A DNA stretch of 64,000 bases from Spirochaetota bacterium (GCA_963664815.2 CAXXHB010000003.1:1728001-1792000); one strand, 5' to 3'. Positions 39,816 through 50,072 are shown, counted from the stretch's first letter. The notes: generated by a model not told the origin, from the sequence alone. A program made the numbers and translations.

Positions 39816-41071
39816 TGTCAGGATTATTTTTTTATCAGCTGATTATTGTTATATTTGCTGTATCATCTGCATTTTTTTCATGCATAGAAACTGCTATAAT
39901 ATCATCAAGAAGAATAACCATAGAAACATTGAGCAGGAAAGGAAATACCAGTGCAACCAGAAGCTTAAAAATTCTGGATAATCTGGAAGATGCTATCGGG
40001 ATGGTGTTGATAGGGAATAATATTTCTAATATTGCGGCTACAGCTTTCATCACTTATATTATAACAAAAGTTTATTCATGTAATGATACCCAGATAATTC
40101 TTATTACAATAATCCAGACTTTATTTTTCCTGATTTTTTGCGAGATATCTCCCAAAATTGTTTCGAAGGGGAATGCAGATTCATTTTTAATGTTTTTTTC
40201 GTTACCAATACTCTGGATGATGAAACTGTTCAGACCGGTAATAAAAGTCTCCCTTTTCTTTTCAGAAGCTTTAACGGGCATATTCAGGATTAAATCGGGA
40301 GAAGTTTCACCGATTAAAAGCCGGGACGATATTGCTACATTCATTTCAATAGGGAGGAAGGAGGGGATCATCGATGAAGAAAAAAATCTTTATCTTTCAG
40401 AAATACTTTCATTTAAAAATGCGCATGCATATGAGATTATGATTCCAGCTGTTGATATAGTTTCTGTTGACGCAAATGAAACTTTAAAGAATATAATAGC
40501 AGTAATTGAAAAAACAAGATTTTCCAGGATTCCGGTCTATAAAAACAGGGAGGATAATTTTACCGGTTATATTTATTACAGGGATATTTTAAAAAATCCT
40601 GACAGTAAAATTGAAGATATCATTATTGATCCGGTATTTATCCCTGAAACAAAAAACGTTTTTGAAATATATAACAAGATGCAGAAAGAGCATATTCCGC
40701 TGTTATTTGTAATAGATGAGTATGGTAATACTACAGGAATGCTCACTTTTGAAGATATTGCCGAAGAGATTGTCGGAGAAATACAGACTGATGATCATCC
40801 TTCAGAAAATATAATTACACGGCTGAATGATAAAAGATTTAAACTAAGCGGACGTCTTGATATCGATTATTTTCAGAGATATTTCAACATTGAGATTAAT
40901 AAAAAGCATTTTGAAACTCTCGGTGGATTTATCATGAGCCTGACCGGTGATATTCCCCAGAAAGGGGAACATGTAAAATTTAAAGAGTATGAATTTATTA
41001 TTGAAGAAACCGGATTAAAAACTGTCGATAAGGTTTTATTTATCCTGCCAAAGAACAGAAGCAGGAATTAA
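39815..41071 (+). CDS. CNNM/CBS/CorC (TlyC-CorB-like) protein, second paralog
   Basis: SAFFSCIETA, LIGNN, EISPK, FSRIPVY, IDEYG, EDIAEEIVGEI, TLGG. Confidence 0.9.
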   Translation: MSGLFFYQLIIVIFAVSSAFFSCIETAIISSRRITIETLSRKGNTSATRSLKILDNLEDAIGMVLIGNNISNIAATAFITYIITKVYSCNDTQIILITIIQTLFFLIFCEISPKIVSKGNADSFLMFFSLPILWMMKLFRPVIKVSLFFSEALTGIFRIKSGEVSPIKSRDDIATFISIGRKEGIIDEEKNLYLSEILSFKNAHAYEIMIPAVDIVSVDANETLKNIIAVIEKTRFSRIPVYKNREDNFTGYIYYRDILKNPDSKIEDIIIDPVFIPETKNVFEIYNKMQKEHIPLLFVIDEYGNTTGMLTFEDIAEEIVGEIQTDDHPSENIITRLNDKRFKLSGRLDIDYFQRYFNIEINKKHFETLGGFIMSLTGDIPQKGEHVKFKEYEFIIEETGLKTVDKVLFILPKNRSRN

Positions 41072-41159
41072 TTTGAGTAATTATTTCCTGAAAAATTGTT
41101 TGATGCTTAATTAAGCAGGATTATTCCTATTTTAAAACAGGGTGTTGAAATCAGTTGTT

Positions 41160-41507
41160 TTATTCTGACAGCATAGGGCCCAGATTTTTTTTACCACCAA
41201 GAATATGAAGATGAAGATGGAATACTTCCTGCCCAGCCGCACGCCCGTTATTTATTATCAGCCGATAACCATTTTCCGTAAGATTCCTTATTTTCGCAAT
41301 TTCTTTAACTGCTTCAAACATTTCCGAGATAATATCTTTATCGGCTTGAGAAATATCTTCAATTGAGGCTATATGTTTTTTCGGGATTACAAGTATATGT
41401 TCCGGAGCAGCCGGATTTATATCATTGAACGCTGAAATAGTTTCAGATTCATATATTAACTGTGAAGGGATTTCTTTTGCAGCAATCTTGCAAAAAATGC
41501 AATTCAT
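41160..41507 (-). CDS. hinT: Histidine triad nucleotide-binding protein
   Basis: CIFCKI, AFNDINP, HILVIPKKH, GQEVFHLHLHILGG. Confidence 0.93.
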   Translation of the reverse strand: MNCIFCKIAAKEIPSQLIYESETISAFNDINPAAPEHILVIPKKHIASIEDISQADKDIISEMFEAVKEIAKIRNLTENGYRLIINNGRAAGQEVFHLHLHILGGKKNLGPMLSE

Positions 41508-41560
41508 ATTTATATTCTCCGGTTTATCAGATTCTGGTTGTATTATATAAAATATTATAA

Positions 41561-42283
41561 TTAATTACATTTTTGATATATATAATCAATTATATCATGT
41601 TTAAATTTATCTTTCTGGTCCTGATCAAGGGTTTTTATATGATTATCAATCATCTGTTTTATCTTATCCAGTTCAGATGTATTATCAATATTTTGTTTAA
41701 AATCAGCTTCAATTATAAATGGTACAGGAGAGACTTTGTCATAATTTTTATCTTCATATTCCTTCAGGCTGTTTTGACCTGATTGAAGATGATATTTTAA
41801 ATTTTCTATAATATGATTTATTTTACCGATTTCAGTGTTATATAGTTTAAGAGTGGAATTTTCATTGTATATCCCTATGGAGAACTTCAGTTTATCGGCT
41901 TCAAAATAATCCTGTTCAAAAATTATTCTGATTCTGTTTTTATCATTACTGCTCTTTTTCCATGTATGTTTAGCAACCCTAAATGCTCCATCGGTTTCAA
42001 TTGCCGACAGATTCTTTGTTTTAATAAAGTTATTATATTCACTGATATCAATTGATATGTTATATTCAGTCGCAATCATAAACATGATTTTTTTAACCGG
42101 AAATTTTTTAAAAAAATCGTAAGCTTTTTCTTTGTCCTGTCCCATCAGTATGAAATCGAATTCAGAAAAATAAAATTTTTTATCCTGCAGTTTATTAATG
42201 TTCTCCCTGGTATTGAAAAAGCATCCTGAAGAGACAAATAGAATGAATGACAATGTAAGAATTTTAACGAATCTAGTTTTCAT
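41561..42283 (-). CDS. Hypothetical lipoprotein
   Basis: ATG 42283 with AGGTGA RBS; MKTRFVKILTLSFILFVSSGC lipobox. Confidence 0.7.
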   Translation of the reverse strand: MKTRFVKILTLSFILFVSSGCFFNTRENINKLQDKKFYFSEFDFILMGQDKEKAYDFFKKFPVKKIMFMIATEYNISIDISEYNNFIKTKNLSAIETDGAFRVAKHTWKKSSNDKNRIRIIFEQDYFEADKLKFSIGIYNENSTLKLYNTEIGKINHIIENLKYHLQSGQNSLKEYEDKNYDKVSPVPFIIEADFKQNIDNTSELDKIKQMIDNHIKTLDQDQKDKFKHDIIDYIYQKCN

Positions 42284-42308
42284 AAACGTGATCACCTGAA
42301 AAATTTTA

Positions 42309-42339
42309 TAAAAAACCGGCGGTAAAGAAAAACGCCGAT
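42309..42339 (-). terminator. Intrinsic terminator inside the 5' region of the 42283 gene
   Basis: Minus strand ATCGGCG-11 nt loop-CGCCGGT-TTTTT ending ~27 nt before the ATG. Confidence 0.6.
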
Positions 42340-42989
42340 AAACAAACATATGCAATGGCAGCCCGAAACTAGAAGACGAAACTCTCCGTATATTAGATGA
42401 CATTGTAGATGTCATCAGCCGGAATTTACATTGTTAATATATGGATAAACATCTTAACTGGTTACTTCTGTTTTTATGATTTATTTTTCATTGAAAGATG
42501 AAAAATAAATCAGTGAGCCATAAAAAGAGCTGACATCTTTTTAATTATAAGAAAACAATCAATGATATCATATTTTTTAATTTGTTATAATTCATATCTC
42601 TGTTTGTCAAGTTCAATGCATATAGTATCTGGTTTAATTTATTTTATTTTCAATAAAAGAAAGAGTAATTTCTGAAATATGCATTGTTCCTGTAATATAG
42701 TGTTCGGTTGCTGTTTAAATTTGATTTGATAAAAGTTTTTTGTAATTTTGTGAGGTTTCAGTGTATATGGATTAATTTTGAACACTGTTTTAAAATTATT
42801 CAGATAATAATTAATTTTATAATTGAAATTTTAGAGAATAATAGCAATATAAAAAAATTTTAAAATCAGCTCATGAGTTTTTTAGTAACAGAATTGTGAT
42901 ACATGTGATATAATTAGGAAAAGGCGGTAGTAAAAAAAGATTTAATGATGTTTCTGTATAGTATATCATTGAAATAAAAAGAGGAGATC

Positions 42990-43364
42990 ATGGAAAATAA
43001 CATTAAATTTACATCCAGCTACAATTCATCTGACAAAATACTCATTGGTAAAGTTGAATTAACATCTATTGGCAGAGAAGATGCCAGGTCAGTTTATGAT
43101 CTGACTATAGAAGGAATTAATCTTTATCCGGATTATAGCGATTATATTCTGGATTCAACTAATGTGTCAGATGTTACAACTGATTCAGTAGGGTATTTAA
43201 TGAAAGTGTTACCGTCTGTCAGAAAGACGGCCGGTTATATGATACTTGTAATGAAGGAAAATGTACTGCAAAAATTTATGATATCAAATCCTGAAATGTT
43301 TGATTTTTATGCTGTATTTTTTACAATTGATGATGCTGTGAAATACATTAAGTCAAAAAGATAA
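42990..43364 (+). CDS. STAS-like / anti-anti-sigma-like small protein
   Basis: ILDSTNVSDVTTDSVGYLM resembles the STAS lD...v..iDSsGlg.L pattern; ends F.TIDDAV; GAGGAG RBS. Confidence 0.6.
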   Translation: MENNIKFTSSYNSSDKILIGKVELTSIGREDARSVYDLTIEGINLYPDYSDYILDSTNVSDVTTDSVGYLMKVLPSVRKTAGYMILVMKENVLQKFMISNPEMFDFYAVFFTIDDAVKYIKSKR

Positions 43365-43367
43365 ATA

Positions 43368-44756
43368 ATGGTAAATGACAAAAAATACATCACTATTAGT
43401 TTGGAAAACCTTAAAAGCAATTTAAATCTTATTCGAATTAATAAAATTCCGGTTTGGCGGAAAAATAAGAGCGGGCAATTCGTTATTATACCACTGGAGA
43501 GACTTGAATATTTTCTTGGTGGTAACGCCCAGAGTGAAATTATTTTTTTTATTACAGAAGAATGGGAAAGAAAAATAAATGACAATAATGCAAGATTGAA
43601 GAAAGAGGCTGTCATAAAAGAGAACAGGCAGGCTGAATCAGGAACCGATTACTATAAACAAAAAAGAATGGAGATCAATAGTATGACTCCGGAGCAGAGA
43701 GATCGTGAGTTTCAGTCAGTTCTAAGTTCGTTGCAGAAAATTGAATCATCAGAGAAAACCATCAGTGAAGATATGCTTGTCAATCTGATTGAAGTGGTAT
43801 CTGACGCATTTATTTTAAATAAAACTTCATTTGAAGAATATTTTGAAGGCAATGAAAATATATCTCACGACCATCTGAAATCTATTGCAAAAAATACAAC
43901 TTCACTTGTTCAGAGTATTATGGGTATATTTAAAAACAACAGCGCGGCAAATAATTTTATAAATATGCTGGGTGAGAAATCGACTGGTTCAACAATTGAT
44001 CATATGAATTCTGTATTTCTGATTTTTCTTCCATTCTGTTTTTTTTATAACTCATATTTTTCAAAGGGTAAAATCGCACGGATAAGATCTGATTATAAAA
44101 CAAAATATTACAGATATTATGAAAAACTTGTTCCGAATAATCCTCCTGAAAGCCTTGAAGATGTTTTCAACGGCGGGATGAGGGAGATACCTGTAGATAA
44201 ACTGCTGCAGATAAGTATAGGGGCACTGTTACACGACATAGGTAAAATAGATAACATTGACTATTTTGAGGGAACCGGGGCATATGATAAAAAAATAATA
44301 ATGAAACATGCTCCGATCAGTTATAATATGATAGTAAAAACGCGGGAATTTGATTCCGAGATAGCATTGCTGGCTGCACTTCATCATGAATATTATAATG
44401 ATGCTACCGGGTATGGAATTTCAAAAATACTGTTTCCTGAAAATTCAAGAAAATATAGATTACCGCAATACTGTATGACATATGATATTGCAGATCTTAA
44501 AAATGGCCGCGCACTGGCATATGTTCCGATTAAAATTCTTGAGATTATTGATGTCTTTGATGCTCTTACGGATAAAAACAGAAGATACAGGGAGAAAGAA
44601 TTCTCAATTGATGAAGCGCTTGAGTTAATGAAAACAAATTTTATCGATAAAAACATTAAAATAGATCCCATACTGTTTACAATTTTTCTCGATTATATAA
44701 ATACTCATTCGATTATAAAGGATAAATCGTTGTTAGAAAGGGTGATGTTAAAATAA
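43368..44756 (+). CDS. HD-GYP-like phosphohydrolase
   Basis: DH, LLHDIGK, KHA, HHEYYNDATGYG, IIDVFDALT..R.YR, DP. Confidence 0.82.
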   Translation: MVNDKKYITISLENLKSNLNLIRINKIPVWRKNKSGQFVIIPLERLEYFLGGNAQSEIIFFITEEWERKINDNNARLKKEAVIKENRQAESGTDYYKQKRMEINSMTPEQRDREFQSVLSSLQKIESSEKTISEDMLVNLIEVVSDAFILNKTSFEEYFEGNENISHDHLKSIAKNTTSLVQSIMGIFKNNSAANNFINMLGEKSTGSTIDHMNSVFLIFLPFCFFYNSYFSKGKIARIRSDYKTKYYRYYEKLVPNNPPESLEDVFNGGMREIPVDKLLQISIGALLHDIGKIDNIDYFEGTGAYDKKIIMKHAPISYNMIVKTREFDSEIALLAALHHEYYNDATGYGISKILFPENSRKYRLPQYCMTYDIADLKNGRALAYVPIKILEIIDVFDALTDKNRRYREKEFSIDEALELMKTNFIDKNIKIDPILFTIFLDYINTHSIIKDKSLLERVMLK

Positions 44757-44772
44757 CTATCAGGGAAAGATT

Positions 44773-45885
44773 TTGAATAGTTTTGAATCAGTTAAACTTG
44801 TACTCTACCGTGAAAATGATTTGAAGTATCCGGTTGCTTCAAGAATTCTTGATGAATCAATAAAAAAGAAAATTCAGACAGAGAGGTTTAATAATGATGA
44901 TGATCTTTCGTCTAAACTGGTGGATTTAAAAAAAAAGTATAATTCCAAAGAGATAGTAATTCTCAGGGAATTTATGGGGAGAAAATTTCAGAAATGCCCC
45001 GGTTCGCCGGGTGTTATATGCTGTAACTATTACCTGCTTAATACATGTTTTAACTGTCTGTTTAATTGTACTTACTGTTTTTTAAATTCCTATCTTAATT
45101 CCTATGGTATTGTTCAATTTGTAAACCTCGATGATCTGACTGAACTGATTAAGGCACATTGCCTTGACGCCGGTAAAGCAGTCAGAATAGGTACAGGGGA
45201 ATTTACTGATTCGCTGATGTTTGATGAAGTAACATCCATTGCCTCTCAATTGATTGAAACTACATCGGATATACCAAACCTGTTTCTTGAATTTAAAACA
45301 AAATCATCACGCATAAATCACCTGAAAGATATCAGAAATAAAGGTAATACTGTCCTTGCATGGAGTGTTAATACCCAGAAGAATATTGACCTTTACGAAG
45401 AAGGAGCATCCGGTATCATAGAGAGGATTGATGCAGCTGCTGAAGCTCAATGCTGGGGGTATAATACCGCGTTTCATTTCGATCCAATAATCATGCATGA
45501 TAATTTTCTGGATGAATATTTCAAAGTCATTGAGATGATGGCCGGGAAACTTGATGCTTCGAAAGTTATATGGATATCGCTGGGATGTTTCAGGTACAGT
45601 CAGGGATTTAAAGAGATAATAAAAAATTCATTTCCAGCAGAGCGACTGACAACTGCAGAGATGTTTCCGGGACGTGACGGTAAATACCGTTATCTGGCGC
45701 CGGAAAGAACTGAGATATTTAAAAGATTTAAAGAAAAAATTGAAATTCATTTCCCGGATGTTTTTATATATCTATGTATGGAGGATAGTGAAATCTGGTA
45801 TAAAGTTTTCTCAAAAGACTACAATAAATCTGATGATTTAGAAAATGATTTTAATATTTATTTACAGGAAAATTTCATGAAATAA
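44773..45885 (+). CDS. splB: Spore photoproduct lyase-like radical SAM protein
   Basis: CPG, CCNY, CLFNCTYC (CxxxCxxC), RIGTGEFTDSL, EFKTKS, FHFDPII, YLCME. Confidence 0.82.
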   Translation: MNSFESVKLVLYRENDLKYPVASRILDESIKKKIQTERFNNDDDLSSKLVDLKKKYNSKEIVILREFMGRKFQKCPGSPGVICCNYYLLNTCFNCLFNCTYCFLNSYLNSYGIVQFVNLDDLTELIKAHCLDAGKAVRIGTGEFTDSLMFDEVTSIASQLIETTSDIPNLFLEFKTKSSRINHLKDIRNKGNTVLAWSVNTQKNIDLYEEGASGIIERIDAAAEAQCWGYNTAFHFDPIIMHDNFLDEYFKVIEMMAGKLDASKVIWISLGCFRYSQGFKEIIKNSFPAERLTTAEMFPGRDGKYRYLAPERTEIFKRFKEKIEIHFPDVFIYLCMEDSEIWYKVFSKDYNKSDDLENDFNIYLQENFMK

Positions 45886-46083
45886 TATTTACATTCAATG
45901 TTAATTCTTTAACATATACAGGTTTAAAATAAATTGTTAAATATCTATGCTGCTAAAGACGATGTGGTGGATGAAAAAACATTTTATAATATAAAAGGTT
46001 CAGGGATTATTATTGATTTACATTAAATATTATAGTATAAATATGTCTTATAACCAGGATTTGAATATGGGGGATATTAAAAC

Positions 46084-47196
46084 TTGCAGATTAGTGATGT
46101 TAAGGAAAACCAGAGAGAATTGAATCAGCTGATTATAAAAATTAATGAATTATATGATTCAATTGGAATTGAAAAACTGATTTTTAAGCTTTCAGAAATG
46201 GAATTACTGGCGCAGAATGATGAAACATGGAAAGATCAGGTAAAATTTACTGAATTGAACCAGGAAATAAGTAAAATTAAAAGAAAAATTGACCCATGGA
46301 TATCAATTAAAAGAGAAACTGAAGAATCAATTGAACTGATAGAGATGGCTTTTGCAGAAAATGATGCTGAATTATATTCTGAGATTTCATCAAATATTAA
46401 ACTTCTTGATGAAAAATTTACCGCGCTTGAAACAAAAGAACTGCTTTCTGATAACGACGATATAAAAGACGCATTTATAACAATACATCCGGGAGCCGGT
46501 GGTACCGAATCGCAGGATTGGGCAAGTATGCTTTTTAAAATGTATACACGATGGGGGGAGAAAAACGGATTCTCCATTGAATATATAGATTATACACAGG
46601 GTGATGAAGCGGGAATAAAAAGCGGAACCATCCTTGTGAAGGGAGAATATGCTTATGGCCTTCTGAAAGGGGAAACAGGAGTTCACAGACTTGTGAGAAT
46701 CTCACCTTTTGATGCCAATAAGAGAAGGCATACATCTTTTGCTTCGGTTGAGGTTCTTCCGGATATTGATGAAACAATTGAAATTGATATAAATGAAAAT
46801 GATCTGAAAATAGATACATACAGGGCTTCGGGAGCAGGGGGGCAGCATGTAAATAAAACCGATTCCGCTGTAAGAATTACTCACCTTCCAACAGGAATTG
46901 TAGTGCAGTGTCAGAACGAAAGATCCCAGCATAAAAACAAGGCTTTTGCCATGAAGGTGTTGAAAGCCCGTATTTATGACCGCTACCAGGCTGAACAGAA
47001 TGAAAAGAAGCTTGATTTTGTCGGTGAGAAAAAAGATATTTCATGGGGCAACCAGATAAGGTCATATGTTTTTCAGCCATATACTCTTGTAAAAGACCAC
47101 AGAACTGGTGAAGAAACGGGGAGTGTTGATTTTGTTTTTGATGGAGAGCTTAACAGGTTTTTATATGCATACCTGAAAAGTAAAAAGAATTCATAA
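46084..47196 (+). CDS. prfB: Peptide chain release factor 2
   Basis: GAGGTESQDWA, LVRISPFD (SPF), GAGGQHVN, WGNQIRSYV; TTG start with GGGGGA RBS. Confidence 0.95.
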   Translation: MQISDVKENQRELNQLIIKINELYDSIGIEKLIFKLSEMELLAQNDETWKDQVKFTELNQEISKIKRKIDPWISIKRETEESIELIEMAFAENDAELYSEISSNIKLLDEKFTALETKELLSDNDDIKDAFITIHPGAGGTESQDWASMLFKMYTRWGEKNGFSIEYIDYTQGDEAGIKSGTILVKGEYAYGLLKGETGVHRLVRISPFDANKRRHTSFASVEVLPDIDETIEIDINENDLKIDTYRASGAGGQHVNKTDSAVRITHLPTGIVVQCQNERSQHKNKAFAMKVLKARIYDRYQAEQNEKKLDFVGEKKDISWGNQIRSYVFQPYTLVKDHRTGEETGSVDFVFDGELNRFLYAYLKSKKNS

Positions 47197-47209
47197 ATGG
47201 AGATATTAA

Positions 47210-48139
47210 TTGTTCTGGAATTCTGACATTTTTAAAAACTGGAAGTCATCAAAAATTAAGAATATACGTTTTGATGACTTGTTTGAGTTTGATAAAAATG
47301 ATATTGATCTGTCAGATTCAATCGATTTTATACCGGATCTCTCCGGTTCAGAAAAATTTTTTCTGGGCAGGTTCACATGTGAGAATCTCCATACTTTAAT
47401 TGATAAAATTGGTCTTACCAGCCAACTGAAACAGATGGGTTTTGAAAATCTGATTATTGACATAGACGTAGATCAGAATTGTATTAATTATATGAAGCTG
47501 TACTGGGATGAAAGAATCCCATCCAGGCAGCTTCTGGATTTAAGATTAAGCGAAACATCTTTTATACCTGATAAAAAATTTTTTGAAACAGATGTTCAGG
47601 TAACACCGTATAGTATGGTCGCAATAGAATGGCTGTCTGCAAAAAATCCGTTACGTAAATTTGACAGTAAAAAACCGCAGCTTCCGGGACAGACTTGTCC
47701 GGGTCTCGGAGTCCTTGAATATATTTTTGATATGCTTCATTTAATGACCAAACTTGTTTTTAAAGATGGATTTATGGATATCCCGGATCATATGTATGGA
47801 GCGATTATGTATTCCAAAAAATATAAATTCTTTGATCCGACACATGAGGGGATCATACGGGCTGTTGAACGTGATATGAAAAAGCACTCATTATCCGACA
47901 TATCATGGGGGGTGCTTACCGGGACTATTATTGATTTAAGCACGGGTAAGCCTGCGGTTTATGATCCGTCAGAACAGATTTACTCAGTATCGGTAAGAAT
48001 GAAAAGATATTTTGAGTCTGAAAAATATAACAGCACATTCCGGAAGTATTATGAAAAAAAGAAATATTTTCTTGATTATAACGAAATGTTGAAAAGAAGA
48101 GAGCTTATACTTCAGTTTAAGAATGTTGAAGATCTTTAG
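47210..48139 (+). CDS. Conserved hypothetical protein (LPGQ..PGLG family)
   Basis: IEWLSAKNP, PQLPGQTCPGLG, F.F.DP..EG motifs; GGAGA RBS before TTG. Confidence 0.65.
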   Translation: MFWNSDIFKNWKSSKIKNIRFDDLFEFDKNDIDLSDSIDFIPDLSGSEKFFLGRFTCENLHTLIDKIGLTSQLKQMGFENLIIDIDVDQNCINYMKLYWDERIPSRQLLDLRLSETSFIPDKKFFETDVQVTPYSMVAIEWLSAKNPLRKFDSKKPQLPGQTCPGLGVLEYIFDMLHLMTKLVFKDGFMDIPDHMYGAIMYSKKYKFFDPTHEGIIRAVERDMKKHSLSDISWGVLTGTIIDLSTGKPAVYDPSEQIYSVSVRMKRYFESEKYNSTFRKYYEKKKYFLDYNEMLKRRELILQFKNVEDL

Positions 48140-48590
48140 GAATTACAATTTTTAATTTATTCATACGCTCCAGTTCGATAATATCTGTTTTTAAATCTTT
48201 CTGTTTTTTTTCCATAAAGATGAGATTCTGTTTTTTCAGGGCAATTATTCTATTAATAATCACTTCATGCAGTAAAATCTCGTTCCTGTATTTCATTATC
48301 AGAAATTCAGAGGTATGGAAACCTTCCCTGAATACTTTATTCATATCAAAATTATATTTACGGTTTATTTCATCTTTAATCTGAGAAATATTGTAGTCTT
48401 CAATATTGATTTCATCAATCAGTGAAGTTTGTGTTTCAATGATTATCAGAATATCATCTTCGGCATCATTTCTGTTTTTAAGAAAATCTGCTGTCGCCTT
48501 TTCATTTTCCAGGAGTAAATTAAGAAGCTTTTTCCTGGAATCCAGGTGTAATAAAAGATCATTAAACAGATCTTTTACATCATCCCTCAA
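48117..48590 (-). CDS. Coiled-coil protein, possibly FlgN/FliT-like flagellar chaperone
   Basis: All-helical, translationally coupled to fliS. Confidence 0.5.
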   Translation of the reverse strand: MRDDVKDLFNDLLLHLDSRKKLLNLLLENEKATADFLKNRNDAEDDILIIIETQTSLIDEINIEDYNISQIKDEINRKYNFDMNKVFREGFHTSEFLIMKYRNEILLHEVIINRIIALKKQNLIFMEKKQKDLKTDIIELERMNKLKIVIPKDLQHS

Positions 48591-49011
48591 TACTGAAACT
48601 CCCCTTTGAGCCTATATTAATATTTTTATCAGATCTTGCCTCGTTGGATGATATCTGGTCCCATGCGTCTCTTAATTCCTTTAACAATTTAAGGACATGA
48701 TTTATAATTTCAGCATCTTTCTTAATATTAGCTTCAAGAAGCTGCCTTTTAAAATACATATAGAGGTTGAAAAGATTTTGTGAAATATCACCACCTTCGT
48801 CCATATTGAGAGAAAGGAGTAATTCGGTAATGATATCCTGTGCCTTGATGATGTTGTTATTTACAACATCGTAGCTTTTGGGCGACATATTATCCAGGGC
48901 GATATTGAGAAATTTTATAGCTCCATCATAAAGCATTACAATCAGTTTACCCTGATTTGCAGTTGTTATCTGAGTCTGTTTATATTGATTGTACGGGTTA
49001 GTATTTGGCAC
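48580..49011 (-). CDS. fliS: Flagellar export chaperone FliS
   Basis: YKQTQITTANQGKLIVMLYDGAIKFL, KAQDIITEL, NLFNLYMY, ELRDAW. Confidence 0.95.
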   Translation of the reverse strand: MPNTNPYNQYKQTQITTANQGKLIVMLYDGAIKFLNIALDNMSPKSYDVVNNNIIKAQDIITELLLSLNMDEGGDISQNLFNLYMYFKRQLLEANIKKDAEIINHVLKLLKELRDAWDQISSNEARSDKNINIGSKGSFSIEG

Positions 49012-49177
49012 TTACGGGCTCCAATTCTCTTATTTTATATATATGTTTATTATCGTATTAAATTGTTGCTAACTTTACTTGATTAAATAACCGGATTGCA
49101 GCAAAATTTAATTTTTACAACAGCGCCAGATTTTATTAATTATACGTCATTTATTTAAATTTTGACTGATATCAGGT

Positions 49178-50062
49178 TTAACTGAAAACATTTTCAATTT
49201 TTAACAGAATTTCATGGTATTTTTCATAAGTTTTGTTAATAATTTCCTCCGGAAGCGGTGGGGGGGGAGAGTTTTTATCCCACTCGGTTGTGTCAATATA
49301 ATCCCGAATAAACTGTTTATCGTAGCTTACAGGTGATATTCCTGTTTTATAAAGCTTGCCATCCCAGAATCTTGAACTGTCAGGAGTCATAACTTCATCT
49401 ATAAGAATTATCTCGCCATTGTCATAGCCGAATTCCAGCTTTGTGTCCGCGAGAATAATTCCGGTAGTTATAAGCTTATCTCTTCCGAACTCATAGATTT
49501 TTTTTGTGATTTCAGAAAGATATTCCGAATCTTTTTCTCCAATATTTTTTTTCATAAAATCAATGGAAATGTTCATATCATGACCGGTATCTTCTTTGGT
49601 CGCCGGGGTGAAAAGTGTTTCAGAGAATTTTTCTGCCAGTTTGAGACCGGAAGGGAGCTTAATACCGGAAATCTCACCCTTCTCCTTATATTCCTTCCAG
49701 CCGCCACCTATAATATAACCCCTGGCGACGCATTCGAAATCTATCCTTTCGGTCTTTTTTACTATGATAGATCTGTCTTTGAATATTTCAGGGTATTGTG
49801 AGTAAGGCTTGGGGAAATTATTAAAGTTGTCTTCTGCTATATGATTTCTGATAAATCCGATATGCTTAAACCATATGTTGGATATTTTATTGAGAATTAT
49901 ACCTTTGCCGGCTATCCCATTGGGGAAAATGTAATCGAAAGCAGAGATTCGATCTGTCGATACAATAAGCATATGCTTTTCATCAACAGGGAAGAGGTCT
50001 CTTACTTTGCCCTGGTATATTTTTTTAACTTCAGGAATTTCTATGGAAACTAACGGTTTCAT
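49178..50062 (-). CDS. purC: SAICAR synthetase
   Basis: GKVRD, TDRISAFD, ECVARGY, FTPATK, ADTKLEFG, DEVMTPDSSRFW, DKQFIRD. Confidence 0.95.
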   Translation of the reverse strand: MKPLVSIEIPEVKKIYQGKVRDLFPVDEKHMLIVSTDRISAFDYIFPNGIAGKGIILNKISNIWFKHIGFIRNHIAEDNFNNFPKPYSQYPEIFKDRSIIVKKTERIDFECVARGYIIGGGWKEYKEKGEISGIKLPSGLKLAEKFSETLFTPATKEDTGHDMNISIDFMKKNIGEKDSEYLSEITKKIYEFGRDKLITTGIILADTKLEFGYDNGEIILIDEVMTPDSSRFWDGKLYKTGISPVSYDKQFIRDYIDTTEWDKNSPPPPLPEEIINKTYEKYHEILLKIENVFS

Positions 50063-50072
50063 ATTTTCTCCA

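Noticed and set aside
38556-41071. Hemolysin/virulence interpretation of the TlyC-like pair
   Set aside because: CNNM/CBS/CorC proteins are divalent-cation homeostasis proteins, and tandem pairs are common
42354-42433. Hammerhead ribozyme (CTGATGA and GACGAAAC nearby)
   Set aside because: The two core elements lie on opposite strands
42354-42433. c-di-GMP-I riboswitch on the + strand upstream of the STAS/HD-GYP operon
   Set aside because: Lacks GGCAAA and GACGCAAA core, pairing favours the minus strand (G-U vs C-A), and it is over 550 bp from the gene
44773-45885. Sporulation inferred from splB and SpoIIE domains
   Set aside because: Both families occur in non-sporulating bacteria; no sporulation genes present
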